The notes: generated by a model not told the origin, from the letters alone. A DNA stretch of 64,000 nucleotides from Calditrichia bacterium (GCA_963796965.1 CAWCNS010000005.1:96001-160000); one strand, 5' to 3'; counted from the stretch's first letter, positions 30,025-42,593 are shown. Numbers and translations are program-made.

Positions 30025-30206
30025 TTATAGTGAGTTTGTATAATTACATTATTGATCGTATAGTATAGACATTCGGCAACCAGCTCCTCAGAAATATTAC
30101 ACTTTTAATATTAAGGACTGCTCTGATCATATTTCGATAAATAAACTACTTCATTCTACATTTTTTATTTGATAAGATTTTAATCCAATTATTGCAGGGA
30201 GGATTA

Positions 30207-30989
30207 ATGCATAACAAAATTAGCTTCATAGGTGGTGGCCGCATTTCGTATCTATTACTTGAAGGCTTAAAGAGAGAAAGTGCTTTGCCGGATAACATCA
30301 TTGTCAGTGATCCAAATTTAGAACGTAATAAAATCTTTAAATCCATCGATGCTGATAAAATCGAATTTACGCAACAAAACAATGAACCTCTGAAATCTCA
30401 AATCATTTTTTTGGCTGTGCATCCACCCGTTATCAAAGAAGTATTTATAGAAATTCAGAAAAACTTAAATCCCCGATCAATTTTAGTCTCATTAGCACCG
30501 GTTGTAAAAATACAATCTCTTCAACAATTATTGGGAGGACATGAGCGAATTGTTCGCATGATTCCCAATGCTCCCTCAATTATTGGCAGGGGGTATAATC
30601 CTGTTTGTTTTGCAGATTCGATATCATCGCAGGAAAAGAGTGAGTTGTTCTCATTATTTAATCATTGGGGGCAAACACCTGAAGTAGAAGAGGATAAACT
30701 TGAAGCCTATGCGATATTAACGGCAATGGGCCCAACTTATTTCTGGTTCCAATGGATGGAGCTGCAGAAGTTAGGCAAGCAATTTAAATTGAATGAAGAA
30801 GAGATTAATTTATCGTTACAAGAGATGATAACGGGCTCGTCCAATTTACTTTTTAATTCTGATTATTCAGATAAAGAGATACTGGATATGATACCGGTAA
30901 AACCCTTACAGGAGGAGGAAGAGAATGTTCGCAATATGATGAACAACCGACTCCAATCTTTACATTCAAAATTAACTAAAAATAAATAG
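30207..30989 (+). CDS. Pyrroline-5-carboxylate reductase family protein
   Basis: FIGGGRI, FLAVHP, RMIPNAPS, AMGPTY. Confidence 0.85.
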   Translation: MHNKISFIGGGRISYLLLEGLKRESALPDNIIVSDPNLERNKIFKSIDADKIEFTQQNNEPLKSQIIFLAVHPPVIKEVFIEIQKNLNPRSILVSLAPVVKIQSLQQLLGGHERIVRMIPNAPSIIGRGYNPVCFADSISSQEKSELFSLFNHWGQTPEVEEDKLEAYAILTAMGPTYFWFQWMELQKLGKQFKLNEEEINLSLQEMITGSSNLLFNSDYSDKEILDMIPVKPLQEEEENVRNMMNNRLQSLHSKLTKNK

Positions 30990-31158
30990 CTGTTTGTATT
31001 ATTATATTGATTATAGCAATCTTTGGATATTGGGAATATTGAAAAGATCTGTCATGTTTTTAATTTCATCGATTAGGTAAATATTATGTGATTATAGTTT
31101 ATGAATGTAATTATATAGGTTGAACCTTCAGCCATAAATAATTATCCTGGATAATTAG

Positions 31159-31208
31159 TTTCTCGCATAGACCTGCCGGCAGGCAGGACTCAGGGCCTCT
31201 GCGTGAAA
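31159..31208. repeat. Collapsed TCTCGCA-type element carrying a CCTGCCGGCAGGCAGG insert
   Basis: TTTCTCGCATAGA CCTGCCGGCAGGCAGG ACTCAGGGCCTCTGCGTGAAA. Confidence 0.6.
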
Positions 31209-31258
31209 TATTTATACGAATGCTGTCAAAGATTTTGTTTTTTCAGCAAAGATTTAGT

Positions 31259-31327
31259 GTCATTCCGTAAAGAATTTTCCTGCTTGTCGAATTAGCATTT
31301 AAACGAAGGAAGATCCTTCAAGATGAC
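31259..31327. repeat. GTCAT...ATGAC inverted-repeat element
   Basis: GTCATTCCGTAAAGAATTTTCCT ... AGGAAGATCCTTCAAGATGAC. Confidence 0.68.
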
Positions 31328-31400
31328 AGAGGAAAGTTTGCGATTTGTTTACAGCATTATACTGTGTTATGAATAGATCAAGTTTTTCGAGTGAGGTTGT

Positions 31401-32319
31401 GTGGTAAATCGTGCTTTAAATCTCTTTAATCGATTATTCGTTTTGTGGGTACTCATTGCTGGGGTTATAGGATTTCAATATCCGGGATTCTTTATTGCCC
31501 AGAAATCTTATATGGATTTGTTTTTCGCCGTCACAATGTTTGGCATCGGAATCGTTCTGAATCCTGAGGATTTTGTCAATATTTTTAAGAAATATTAAAG
31601 TGGTTTTGGTTGGAGTAGTCGCACAATTTTCAATCATGCCCTTGTCAGCCTATCTTGTCACGAAAATATTTTCGTTTTCTGATGATTTTTCATTAGGGTT
31701 AATATTAACCGGGTCAGCTCCTGGTGCTATGGCCAGCAATGTTTTAAGTTTTCTGGCCGGAGCCGATATCGCCTATTCGGTTTCCTTGACAACCGTCTCG
31801 ACTTTTCTCGCACCGCTTTTAACCCCATTGTTAACTCTCTTCCTTGCCAATACGATTTTGGACATCCCGTTCTGGGACCTTATGAGAAGCGTCAGCCTGA
31901 TGGTTCTCCTCCCATTAATCCTGGGAATCCTTGTACGAAAGTTCGCAGGGAAGAAGATCGAGCCTTTGACAAAAATATTCCCGTCGATTTCTTCTCTTTT
32001 TATTGCCTTTATTTGCGGACTTGTCATCGCTCTAAACAGGGATTATCTCCTAAACCTTACCCTGTGGATTTTTATAGCAGCCTTGTTGTTGAATCTTGGA
32101 GGATTGTCTTTAGGATATCTGACCGGGCGTGTTTTTGGTTTTGATAAATTAAAGAAAAGGGCCTTATCTATTGAGATTGGGATGCAGAATGCCGGTTTAG
32201 GCAGTGTTTTGGCTTTAAAACATTTTAATGAAAAAACAGCCCTGCCGGCAATTATATTTGTCTTTATTTGTATCCTGACCGCCTCCATTCTTGTGCCCAT
32301 TTGGTCCAAAACCAAATAG
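31401..32319 (+). CDS. Bile acid:sodium symporter family transporter (frameshift near 31590)
   Basis: TMFGIG, AQFSIMP, PGAMASN, EIGMQNAGL. Confidence 0.92.
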
Positions 32320-32473
32320 TTAAGTAGAATTTATTATTCATCGGAAGAGAGATACCCGATATTCGAATCTAGAAACGAGACGTGTGATGGAGGGGCGAAT
32401 ATAGGTGCGGAATAAAATAATTGTCCGGGGAACAAAGCAACTCAAGTTCCCAAATCCTTTATGGATTGCCCAT

Positions 32474-32508
32474 AAAAAAACCCCGCTTGAAATAAGCAGG
32501 GTTTTTTT
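32474..32508. terminator. Bidirectional intrinsic terminator
   Basis: AAAAAAACCCCGCTT GAAAT AAGCAGGGTTTTTTT between convergent genes. Confidence 0.85.
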
Positions 32509-32528
32509 GTTTAACTCTTAAAAAAAAA

Positions 32529-33600
32529 TTATTCAATTGTATTCACATTATTCAGATCTTCGAATGCCTGGCGGGTGCGGGCAATCATGGATTCCTCACC
32601 TTTACGCAACCAAACGCGTGGATCATATTTTTTCTTGTTTGGTTTGTCATCACCTTCAGGGTTACCGATCTGCCCCTGCAGATATCCTTTAAATTCTTCA
32701 TAATATCCACGGATACCATCCCAGAAAGCCCATTGGGTATCAGTATCAATGTTCATTTTGACAACACCATAACCAATTGCTTCACGGATTTCTTCAAGAC
32801 TGGATCCGGAGCCACCATGGAAAACAAAATCAACCGGTTTGTCAGCAGTATTGAATTTTTCTTTGATATATTTCTGAGAATTATCAAGAATTTTTGGGGT
32901 AAGTTTAACATTCCCTGGTTTATAAACACCATGAACATTTCCGAAAGCTGCCGCAATGGTGAAACGGGGGCTAATTTTACTTAACTCTTCGTAAGCATAG
33001 GCCACTTCTTCAGGCTGGGTATATAGTTTTGAACTGTCGATATCGGTATTATCTACTCCGTCTTCCTCACCACCGGTAACACCCAAGTTCGATTTCAAGG
33101 GTCATATCCATTTTACTCATACGTTCAAGGTATTTTTTGCATGTAGCGATATTCTCTTCAAGTGGTTCTTCTGACAAGTCAAGCATATGTGAGCTAAAAA
33201 GAGGCTTACCGTTTTCTTTATAAAAATTTTCACTGGCATCCAGGAGGCCATCGATCCAGGGCAGTAATTTTCTTGCTGCGTGATCGGTATGGAGGATGAC
33301 ACGTGCACCGTACTTTTCAGCAAGCATGTGAATATGATGGGCCCCAGATACAGCGCCGGCAATAGCAGCCTGATGATTGTCATTGCTTAAACCTTTTCCG
33401 GCGTTAAAAATAGCGCCACCACTGGAAAATTGAATGATAACAGGTGAATTTAATGTTGCTGCAGCTTCCATAACAGCATTAATTGAATCAGATCCTACAA
33501 CATTGATAGCCGGTAAGGCATAATTATTTTCTTTCGCATGTTTGAAAACTTGCTGAACCTGATCACCGGTCAATACACCGGGTTTAATATTTAGTCCCAT
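32529..33600 (-). CDS. fbaA: Class II fructose-bisphosphate aldolase (frameshift near 33085)
   Basis: LHTDHA, HMLDLS, GGEEDG, FGNVHG, VFHGGSG, KMNIDTD. Confidence 0.96.
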
Positions 33601-33692
33601 TTTTAATCCTCTAAATTTATTGGGTTAACGATTTCGGGGAACTTATTTTAATGTCATGTGAAAAACTAAATGTTAATTCTATATACTTTATC

Positions 33693-33831
33693 TCTCGCAG
33701 AGCCGCAGAGCCTTAAAAAAGATGAAAACAGCTTGTTCGGATCCCCAAAAATCTGACTAATTCTATTTTTTAATCTTTAATCTTTTAATCTTTTGTCTTT
33801 TGTCTTTGTTTCTCTCTGCGTCTTTGCGAGA
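33693..33831. repeat. TCTCGCAGAG inverted-repeat element with nested heptamer run
   Basis: TCTCGCAGAGCCGCAGAG versus reverse complement of 33814-33831 (16/18); TTTAATC/TTTTGTC run at about 33768-33806. Confidence 0.75.
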
Positions 33832-34007
33832 AATATGTATCCAACACTTTGTTAAACAAATCCCGCAATTATTTTTATGTGAATAACCAATTTACTAATT
33901 ATTTTTTCTATTTTCACCAATAAATTCTATTATTCTCTGTATTAAATCCTTTTGTATATTTAAGCAATCTGAATTAGTTTATTACCAAGCTCTGTTAAGG
34001 AGATCAA

Positions 34008-35412
34008 ATGCTACGAGAAATTTCGAAAGTACTCTTTTTTATAATCAACGTGTCATTTTTTGGCCTGGTTTATCCTTCTGAACAAATGAATATTGTATTA
34101 ATATTAGTTGATGATCTGGGGTGGTCCGATTTGGCGTGCTATGGCAGCGACTTTCATGAAACGCCCAATGTTGACCGGCTCGCCAGGCAGGGGATACATT
34201 TTACAGATGCCTACGCTGCTTCGTCTGTCTGTACGCCTTCACGGGCGGCATTGATGACCGGTGAACATCCCGCAAGGTTACATATGACCGTGTGGAGTGA
34301 AGCAGCAAAAAATCCTCCTCTCGATAAAAAAGTAATCCCGCCAATTACAGAGGAAAACCTGGCCCTGGAAAAGGAGACATTAGCTGAACGTCTTAAGGAG
34401 GCGGGATATACAACTATCCATATCGGTAAATGGCATCTTGGTAATGCCCGGCATTATGCCCAGGCACAGGGTTTTGATATTGGTATCGGTGGAACACACT
34501 GGGGTTGTCCTCAAACTTTTTTTTACCCTTATAAAGGGATGATGCATGGTGATTTTCGCTATGTACCCGGATTGGGATTAGGGCAGGAAGGAGATTATCT
34601 TCCCGACAAACTAACGGATGAAGCTGATTCGATTGATTGATGATTCGTCTAAAAAACCATTTTTTCTTTACATGTCCTATTATACCGTGCATACACCTAT
34701 TGAAGCACCTCCAAGCGAAGTAGCCTATTTTGCAAAAAAGGTCAAACCTTATATGAAACATACAAATGCAACATATGCTGCCATGGTAAAGAATATGGAT
34801 AAAAATGTGGGACGAATTTTAAAAAGTTTGGACACAAAGGGTCTTGCAGATAATACCATTGTCATCTTTGCCAGTGATAATGGCGGTTTTAGCATTCCCT
34901 GGCGACACTTTCCGGTAATCACCAATAATGCCCCTCTGCGCAGTGGGAAAGGATCCCTCTATGAAGGTGGGGTGCGCATTCCATTGATCATCCGCTGGCC
35001 TAATCTTACGGTTGCCGGATCCGTATCACACGAGCCGGTAGCGCTTATTGATCTGTATCCAACGTTAATTTCTGCCACCGGTCTTTCACCGACACCAGGA
35101 GCGAGCCGCCAGGATGCTATAAATTTACTCCCTGTTATAGAAAACGCTGATGCTTCGTTGTCCCGTGATGCACTTTATTGGCATTATCCTCATTATTACC
35201 CTACAACCACTCCGGTGAGTTCAATACGATCGGGCAACTGGAAACTACTGGAGTTTTTAGAAGACAATCGACTAGAACTTTATAATCTGAATGATGATCC
35301 CGGAGAGCAGGACAATCAGGCAAAATTAAATCCGGAAAAAACCGATGAACTGCGAAATAAACTGTTTACCTGGCGAATAAATGTAAATGCCCAAATGCCG
35401 ACAAAAAAATAG
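34008..35412 (+). CDS. Cys-type sulfatase (frameshift near 34630)
   Basis: DDLG, CTPSRAALMTG, GKWHLG, SDNGG, KGSLYEGG. Confidence 0.94.
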
Positions 35413-35445
35413 AAATTTACCCGTTGTATTGACTTAATGTTTTTT

Positions 35446-35471
35446 CATTGATCGTTGATTATTGATCATTG
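35446..35471 (+). repeat. Heptamer tandem repeat (TTGATCA-like)
   Basis: CATTGAT CGTTGAT TATTGAT CATTG. Confidence 0.6.
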
Positions 35472-35479
35472 TTTCGGCA

Positions 35480-35552
35480 TTGACTTGTTATAAAAATCAC
35501 ATTAAATTTGAAACAAATCATTTCAACTGTTTCAAATAAAGGAAATGAAACA
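35480..35552 (+). promoter_or_regulatory. Sigma70-type promoter overlapped by a palindromic operator
   Basis: TTGACT-N17-TAAATT; ATTTGAAACA-N12-TGTTTCAAAT (35506-35537), plus TGAAACA at 35546. Confidence 0.55.
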
Positions 35553-36892
35553 CATGGACGTTTCATACGAATTTACGCAGGATATTCTTGATTCATTGGC
35601 TGAGGGAATTTATACAGTTAATAAGGACTTCAGGATCATTAGTTTTAACCGGGCCGCTGAGCGTATTACGGGCTATAACCGCGAAGAAGTTCTGGGAAAA
35701 TTTTGCAAAAATATATTGAGTTCAGAACGTTGCTTACGAGATTGTCCTATTGCCCGCGTATTAGAAAGTGGTGATAATTTACAGGATGTTGAAAATACGC
35801 TTCTTACGAGGAACGGTAAGGAAATTCCAATTGTTATGAACAGTGCTGTTTTTAAAAATAGTAATTCGGTTCCTGTTGGTGGTGTCGTTTCCTTCCGGGA
35901 TATGTCTTATCTGGAGAATATTCAGAGTTCATTAATTAAACAGAGTCAATTTCATGGAATTATCGGACAATCCAAGTCCATGAGGGAGATTTATACCTTA
36001 ATCAAGGAGATAGCAGATACAAACTCCAGTGTCCTTATTTTAGGTGAATCAGGAACAGGAAAAGAATTGGTTGCAAATGCCATACAGGCTGAAAGCAGCC
36101 GGGCAAAAAAACCATTTATTAAAGTTAATTGCTCTGTCATTCCACCTCAACTATTATCAAGTGAATTATTCGGACATGTACGCGGAGCATTTACTGATGC
36201 GAAAGCAAACCGGATCGGAAGATTTGAAATGGCCGATGGCGGTACTATCTTTCTTGATGAAATTGCTGAGATGCCTTTGCAGATGCAGTTACAACTATTG
36301 CGTGTCTTACAGGAAGGCACATTTGAGAGGGTTGGCGAATCTATTACACGCAAAGTTGATGTGCGGGTTATTGCTGCTACAAATATTGAAATAGAATCGG
36401 CAATTGATCAAGGCAAATTTCGTGAAGATTTATATTACCGTCTCAATGTCATTCCCATTATTGTGCCGGCCATTGCGCGAGAGAAAAGAAGACATCTCTT
36501 ACCTGATACGTCATTTTATAAATAAATTTTGTCTTACATCCCAGAAAAAAATTACAGATATTGATGACGAAGCATTGGAATGTTTGATTACCTATCCCTG
36601 GCCCGGTAATATTCGTGAACTTGAGAATGCTATTGAATATGCCTTTGCGCGGTCAACATCAAATCTTATTCACCTGTCGAAACTTCCTCCAAATATTAAA
36701 AAGCAAAGAGGTCTGACAGAGGTAGGCAATGCATTAATTAGTGGTGATACACAGAAGGGCGAACTTTTACGATTGCTTCAAGAGTATCATTGGAATAAAT
36801 CTGTTGTTGCGAAAAGAATGGGAATAGGCAGAACCACCCTTTGGCGAAAAATGAAAGCAATGGGCTTGTACAGCAAGAATGATATGGAATAA
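35545..36892 (+). CDS. PAS-domain sigma54-dependent activator, paralog 2 (frameshift near 36465)
   Basis: GESGTGKE, GAFTDA, WPGNIREL, Fis HTH WNKSVVAKRMGIGRTTLWRK. Confidence 0.93.
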
Positions 36893-36969
36893 GATCTCTG
36901 ATTATTTTTATTTCATTTGAGGCTGTAATTATTTAACTTACAAGATATTTTTAACGATTTTTCATTGAC

Positions 36970-37693
36970 ATGCACGGACAACAATTGGATAAAATTGACT
37001 GCATTGCCTTTGGCCCACATCCAGATGATGTGGAGTCTTTTTTGTGGCGGAACATTATTAAAACTAAAATCTCTGGGTTATAGCACTGCCATTGTTGACC
37101 TCACACAAGGTGAATTAAGTACTAATGGAGATGTGGCAACCCGTCAGATGGAAGCAGAGCAGGCCGCGGCGATACTCCATTTAGACAAAAGGATAAACCT
37201 CTCCATACCTGATGGAATGATTACAGCAGACAAAGAAAACAGGACTAAAATTATAAAGACTATCCGCAAACACCGTCCTGATATTTGTCTGATTCCTTAT
37301 TGGAAAGATCGCCATCCTGATCACACGGATGCCTCCAGGTTGGTTCAACGTGCAATTTTTGAATCGGGATTGAGTAAAATTGGGGATCCAGAAGAAGCGT
37401 ATAGACCAAAGACAATCCTTTATTATATGATGCATGATAATTTTAGGCCGTCATTTGTCGTTGATATTTCAGACGAAATGCAAACTAAAAAGCTGGCAAT
37501 TATGGCCTATGAATCGCAGTTTTCTTCATTGAATTCGAGATCAAAACCAACCGCGATTAATCAGACGGAATTTCTGAAATTTCTTACTGATCGCTCCGCC
37601 TATCTCGGTTACCCGGTTGGAGCAGAATACGGTGAAGGTTTTTATTATAAAGGTGTGATTAAAATTGATAACCTTATGGAATTTTTTACGTAG
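36970..37693 (+). CDS. bshB1: PIG-L family deacetylase, BshB1-like (frameshift near 37035)
   Basis: Restored AFGPHPDDVE, DLTQGE, DRHPDH, YESQF, YGEGF. Confidence 0.8.
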
Positions 37694-37720
37694 CTGAGAG
37701 AGCAAAATTGATGAGAGGTT

Positions 37721-38179
37721 TTGATGAAATTTAAAATTACTGATGATAAAATCGCCGAAATTGAAAAAGTATTAGAAACAAAGATTACGAAACGGGGAGA
37801 TCAGTACCGCGCTGTTCTAGAGAGTCCGGAGCAAAACCGCAAGTTAACTCTGGAAATTTATCCCGAAATTCCGATAGGTGAAAGAAATGGTAATCTTATT
37901 TGTGTTTTTACGAATAGTGCCCATGCGCAACTGCATTTTTGCACAGGCTTTGTGGCAAGCGAAGTTTTGGGTGAAGTCGTTTTTATTGGCGAGCATAAGG
38001 GGCACCTGTCTGGCATTATAGTTGAAAAAGCAGCAGCATTTTCAAACTACAGCAATGTTGATGCTGCACTGCTTTCCAGCGATTTTACAAAACTTGGTCC
38101 GGAAGTTATGTTGTCTGGGGTTGCTCTTTCCATGGCTGAGCATTTATTGGAAGAGAATCCGGATCCAGATTCAAAATGA
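37721..38179 (+). CDS. Hypothetical protein
   Basis: Uninterrupted ORF, stop overlaps the xerD start. Confidence 0.65.
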   Translation: MMKFKITDDKIAEIEKVLETKITKRGDQYRAVLESPEQNRKLTLEIYPEIPIGERNGNLICVFTNSAHAQLHFCTGFVASEVLGEVVFIGEHKGHLSGIIVEKAAAFSNYSNVDAALLSSDFTKLGPEVMLSGVALSMAEHLLEENPDPDSK

Positions 38180-39090
38180 CAGATCTTCTCACACAGTACT
38201 TAAGTTATTTAAAGTTCGAGAAGAATTTATCGGAAAACTCAATATCAGCTTATCGAAATGATTTAGAGCGTTATCTGCATTATCTACAAACCCAACGCAT
38301 CACAAGTCCAGAATATATTCAATCCAAACATATTCACAGGTTGTTGCAAGGATTGTCTGAATTAGGTTTATCTTCTACGTCTTTAGCCAGAAATTTATCA
38401 TCTATCCGCTCTTTTCATATGTTTCTAATAGGAGAAGACCTGATTAAAACAGATCCAAGTGAACACGTGGAGGGGCCTAAGCTTAGAAGATATTTGCCAT
38501 CTGTATTGACTTTTGATGAGATTGAAAATATTTGCAATGATATCTCTCTTGACTCACCATTAGGGATAAGAGACCGGGCAATGATAGAAGTTCTCTATGC
38601 TTGTGGATTGCGCATATCAGAATTATTATCACTTTTATTAAGAGAAATCTATTTTAATGAAGAATTTATCCGAATAATTGGGAAGGGATCAAAAGAAAGA
38701 TTAGTTCCAATCTCAAAAAGGGCATTATTCTGGATAAAAAAATATCTGGATGAGAGCCGACCCTTTCTTGATAAGCGCCAACGTTCGGATGGTACTGCTT
38801 TTTTAAGTATTCGCGGTACGTCGATGAGCCGTATGGGGTTCTGGAAAATTTTGAATAAGTACATAAAGAACAGTGGAATCAGAAAAGAGATACACCCGCA
38901 TACTTTTCGTCACTCGTTTGCTACTCACCTGCTTGAGGGTGGCGCCGATTTAAGGGCTGTACAGGAAATGTTGGGTCATTCTGATATTTCTACTACCCAG
39001 ATTTATACACATTTAGACAGGACGTATTTGCAACAGGAATATAAAGATTTTCATCCCAGGGCCGGTCATTCTAATTCCAAATCAGGTTAA
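38176..39090 (+). CDS. xerD: Tyrosine recombinase XerD
   Basis: LYACGLRISE, GKGSKER, HTFRHSFATH, VQEMLGH, TTQIYTH. Confidence 0.93.
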   Translation: MTDLLTQYLSYLKFEKNLSENSISAYRNDLERYLHYLQTQRITSPEYIQSKHIHRLLQGLSELGLSSTSLARNLSSIRSFHMFLIGEDLIKTDPSEHVEGPKLRRYLPSVLTFDEIENICNDISLDSPLGIRDRAMIEVLYACGLRISELLSLLLREIYFNEEFIRIIGKGSKERLVPISKRALFWIKKYLDESRPFLDKRQRSDGTAFLSIRGTSMSRMGFWKILNKYIKNSGIRKEIHPHTFRHSFATHLLEGGADLRAVQEMLGHSDISTTQIYTHLDRTYLQQEYKDFHPRAGHSNSKSG

Positions 39091-39168
39091 GGTGTGTGAG
39101 ATCGATAGTTGGATGAATTCAATAGGTTCGACAATATTATTTAATGAAGTGTTCTTAACAGGTATAAC

Positions 39169-41182
39169 ATGAAGATAAATTTTGACAGTCAGGTCTGTGG
39201 AAACTTTAATCTGGCATCCAACAAACAATGGATGGAAACAAACCTTCTCAATGGTTATTCTTCGTCAACAATTTATGGACTGAATAATCGTCGTTATCAT
39301 GGATTATTTGTTATACCTGTTGGAGATGATCAGCAGAAAATGATCATTCTCTCCAAATTTGAAGAATCCATCTTTATTGAAAATCAAGTTTATGAACTGT
39401 CGACAAATCAGTTTAGTGGTGGAATTTATCCCGAAGGCTTTAAGTACATCAGAAACTTCTCAATTGATCCTTTCCCCAAAGTCATGTATGAGATCGAAAA
39501 TTTACGAATCGAAAAAACCATTTTTTTATTACATGATCAGCATACCCTGGTAGTTCGTTATTCATACAAAGATCAGGGCCCACCATTCAATATCGTCCTG
39601 AAACCGATGATAGCCGGCAGAAAAATAAATGAACTTACCCATGAAATGGCAAGTATTAATACCGATAGTCTATGTTGAGTCCGGAGTCGTGAAGATAGCG
39701 CCTATTGACAGGGTACCTGAACTTAATATATATTTTCAAAAAGGTGAATTTCTGCCCGCGCCTCTCTGGTATCATAATTATATCTATGAGATGGATGCAA
39801 GGCGCAAACAGGGATATTCGAAGGGAAAAACAGAAGATCTTTATAATCCTGGTTTCTTCACCTGCACTTTAACTCCTTACGAGACATTTGATATGTACAT
39901 CAGCATTGATTCATTAAAAGATTTTGATTACGAAGCTATTTACAGAAGAGAAAAGGCTTACAGGATTGCCATCGATACGGGGATCCGCCAGTTATCTCTC
40001 CCGGTAAAAGACATATCAAAAAAACTTGAAATTCTAACTCGAAGAGAAGAAAAATCTTTACCTCTCCATATTACAGATTATCCCTTAGATCATAAATCGG
40101 CCGGTAAAGATCTTTTATCTCTTTTTGGTCTTTCTGTTTTAGATTTAAATAAACAGGACCTTCAAAGAACACTCCTGATTATTGCAGAATCTATACAAAA
40201 AAATATACAAGCAGAGAATTCTGGTGCAGGATATGACTTGCCAGAAGGGAAATATTACTATGCAGATCTCCCCCTGATATTTATTTACTTGTTGTACTAT
40301 TTGTATGATTTTAGAATTGATCAGTCATTTATTGAGAGTAATCTACTGGATGTCGTAAAAACAATTATTGAGAGCTATTCTAAAAGTTCACCAGAAACTA
40401 TTAATTTAGAAGAGAACGGTCTACTTAATACCGGTGATGAAGCCACGGTCTCGAGCTGGTTCCTGCCCCGGTCTGGTTCGAAGGATAACGTCCGTTATGG
40501 CTATCTAGTAGAAATTAATGCTCTCTGGTATAACGCTCTAAAAATATTGGAGTTTTTTCTAAGAAAGTTTGGAAAGAAAAGGCAAATAAAAAAATATGCC
40601 TCTCTGGCCGAATTAACCAGGAAATCATTTGCTGAGAAATTCTGGGGTACAAAACAACTACAGTATTTTGATTATGTGAATGATAAGACTAACGATGAAA
40701 CCTTCACAATTGCTCAGATCTTCCTAATTGCCCTTCCTTTTAGCCCATTGGAAACTGATAGAGGTTTATTCCTCTTAAAACAAATCGAAGAGCATTTACT
40801 TACACCCTATGGGTTGCGCAGTTTATCTCCAAATGCACCTCATTATAAAGGACGTTTATATTCGCTTAAACAAACATATGATCGCTCTTATTATAATGGA
40901 TCCATATGGCCATGGACGATTGGTATGTATGTTGATGCGGTGATAAACTTGCGGGGGGATAAAAGACATACCATAAATGGTCTTAGAACTATCCTCAAGC
41001 CATTAGAACAATTTTTTTATGATCAGGGCCTCGGGAATATTTCTGTATTTTTCGAAGGCGATCCACCACATAGACGAAACGGCCAGATTTGCTCGGCATT
41101 AAACCTTTCTGAATTATTACATGCCTTCTTTACGTTGCATCGGGCTGAAAAAGAAAGAGAAGGATTCTCGGAATATATTTAG
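39169..41182 (+). CDS. Glycogen debranching enzyme/amylo-alpha-1,6-glucosidase homolog (frameshift near 39668; degenerate active-site motifs)
   Basis: WMETN..GYSSST, RRYHGL, VEINALWYNAL, LLTPYGLRSL, GSIWPW. Confidence 0.85.
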
Positions 41183-41221
41183 CGACTATTTTCGTCATTT
41201 CGTTTTCTTCACTACAATCAT

Positions 41222-42593
41222 TTATCCCTCATGTGTCTCATTATTAAGGGATGTCTCTCTTATACTCACCCACGCAGAATATCCTAATGCAATTCCTAAA
41301 GCATTTGTGGGTATTTCATATAAAAATGGTGTCTGGTGATAATTAACAATCTGAATTATTATTGGAAATATTGTTAAGAAGATCGCTATTACAAGGATTA
41401 GTTTCCCCTTCTTAGAACTAGTCAAGTATGATTCTAATTCCTGAAGCAAAATGCCTAAAGGAATGAAAAGTAATATATTCTGCAAGGAGTAAATAATCAA
41501 TTTTTGTATACCTGTAAATGGTATGATTGAATAGAAGGAGAGAAGAAAAAAAACTGATTTTTCAACGATGTCGGTTCGGCTAAAACTAAGTCGGAAAGGA
41601 TATGAAAATTTATAAATCACGAGTGTCATAAAGAACAATACTAGAATGATTAGGACAGCAATAAACTGTTGTCTCATGGGCATTGTTGATCTGCGATTTA
41701 TCCTTCCCCATGATTTCCGATAATGCAATGCCAATCAGAATTCCCGTGATACTAAAAATTATGGTCTGGTAAGAAGGAAAATCTCCATAAATGAATAATT
41801 TAAATATCTCTATAAGGGCAAACAGAGAAATTGCGATTAGAAAACTAAGAACATGAAGAAAGGCTTGTGATTTTATAAATATTGATCTTTTACTTAGCAC
41901 GTTTGTTGCGATACCCAGGGGAATAAAATAGAATAATACCTGCCAAATCCAGATCGGTTCAATGATAAACTGCCAGTTAAATATTTTGTCACCGATTTTT
42001 TCGGAGCGTAGGAAATAGACAGAAAGATCTTCAGACAGTATTAACCCGGCTATGAGAATTGGCAAAATTAAAATAATAGAAGGAAGTTTACGCAATTTTA
42101 TTCTTAATGACTGCATATGATCGGTGGAAAATATTTTCGGTAAAATATAGGCAATGATGGTCCCACTCAGGCAGCCTAAAGAGTTCATCATGATATCGAT
42201 ATAGGAAGTTGTCCTTTCTTTTATGAGCAATTGTAGAAATTCGATACTGATGCTAAGAATTATGCCAAAAAGTGTCACCAACCCTATGTCAATCAATGGG
42301 TTATGTGATCTGTCTGAGGATATACGCAGATTATAGAGAATGATACCTAAGGGTACAAAAAACAAGAAATTAGCAATAGCATCGATGTTCTTTGTTGTAT
42401 AAAAATACTTACCATATCTTTCTACCCACTCTATATTTCCCAGACCTTTTTCAATCAATTCTAATGAAAATGAAAAATCGAAAGGTAACAATGTCCCATA
42501 GATTATATAACAGATGTATAGAATTCCACCTATCATCCAGGTCGGGGAACTAAATCTCAACAAGATTCTCCTGAGTTGTAAAACTTCTGTCAA
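41222..42593 (-). CDS. VanZ-family polytopic membrane protein (frameshift near 41650)
   Basis: GTLLPFDF, NFLFFVPLG, IEFLQ..RTTSYIDIMMN; second NILLFIPLG domain. Confidence 0.8.

Noticed and set aside
32340..32472. Hairpins between the symporter and fbaA
   Set aside because: No ncRNA consensus recognised
32529..33600. Programmed frameshifting or pseudogene status for fbaA, cysK and other split genes
   Set aside because: No shared slippery motif, conserved halves and a window-wide indel pattern point to sequencing error
35475..35489. Sigma54 promoter CGGCATTGACTTGT
   Set aside because: Spacing is one base short, and a sigma70 -35 explains the sequence
38176..39090. Prophage or integron integrase
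   Set aside because: XerD-type motifs in a housekeeping context; no phage genes or attC array
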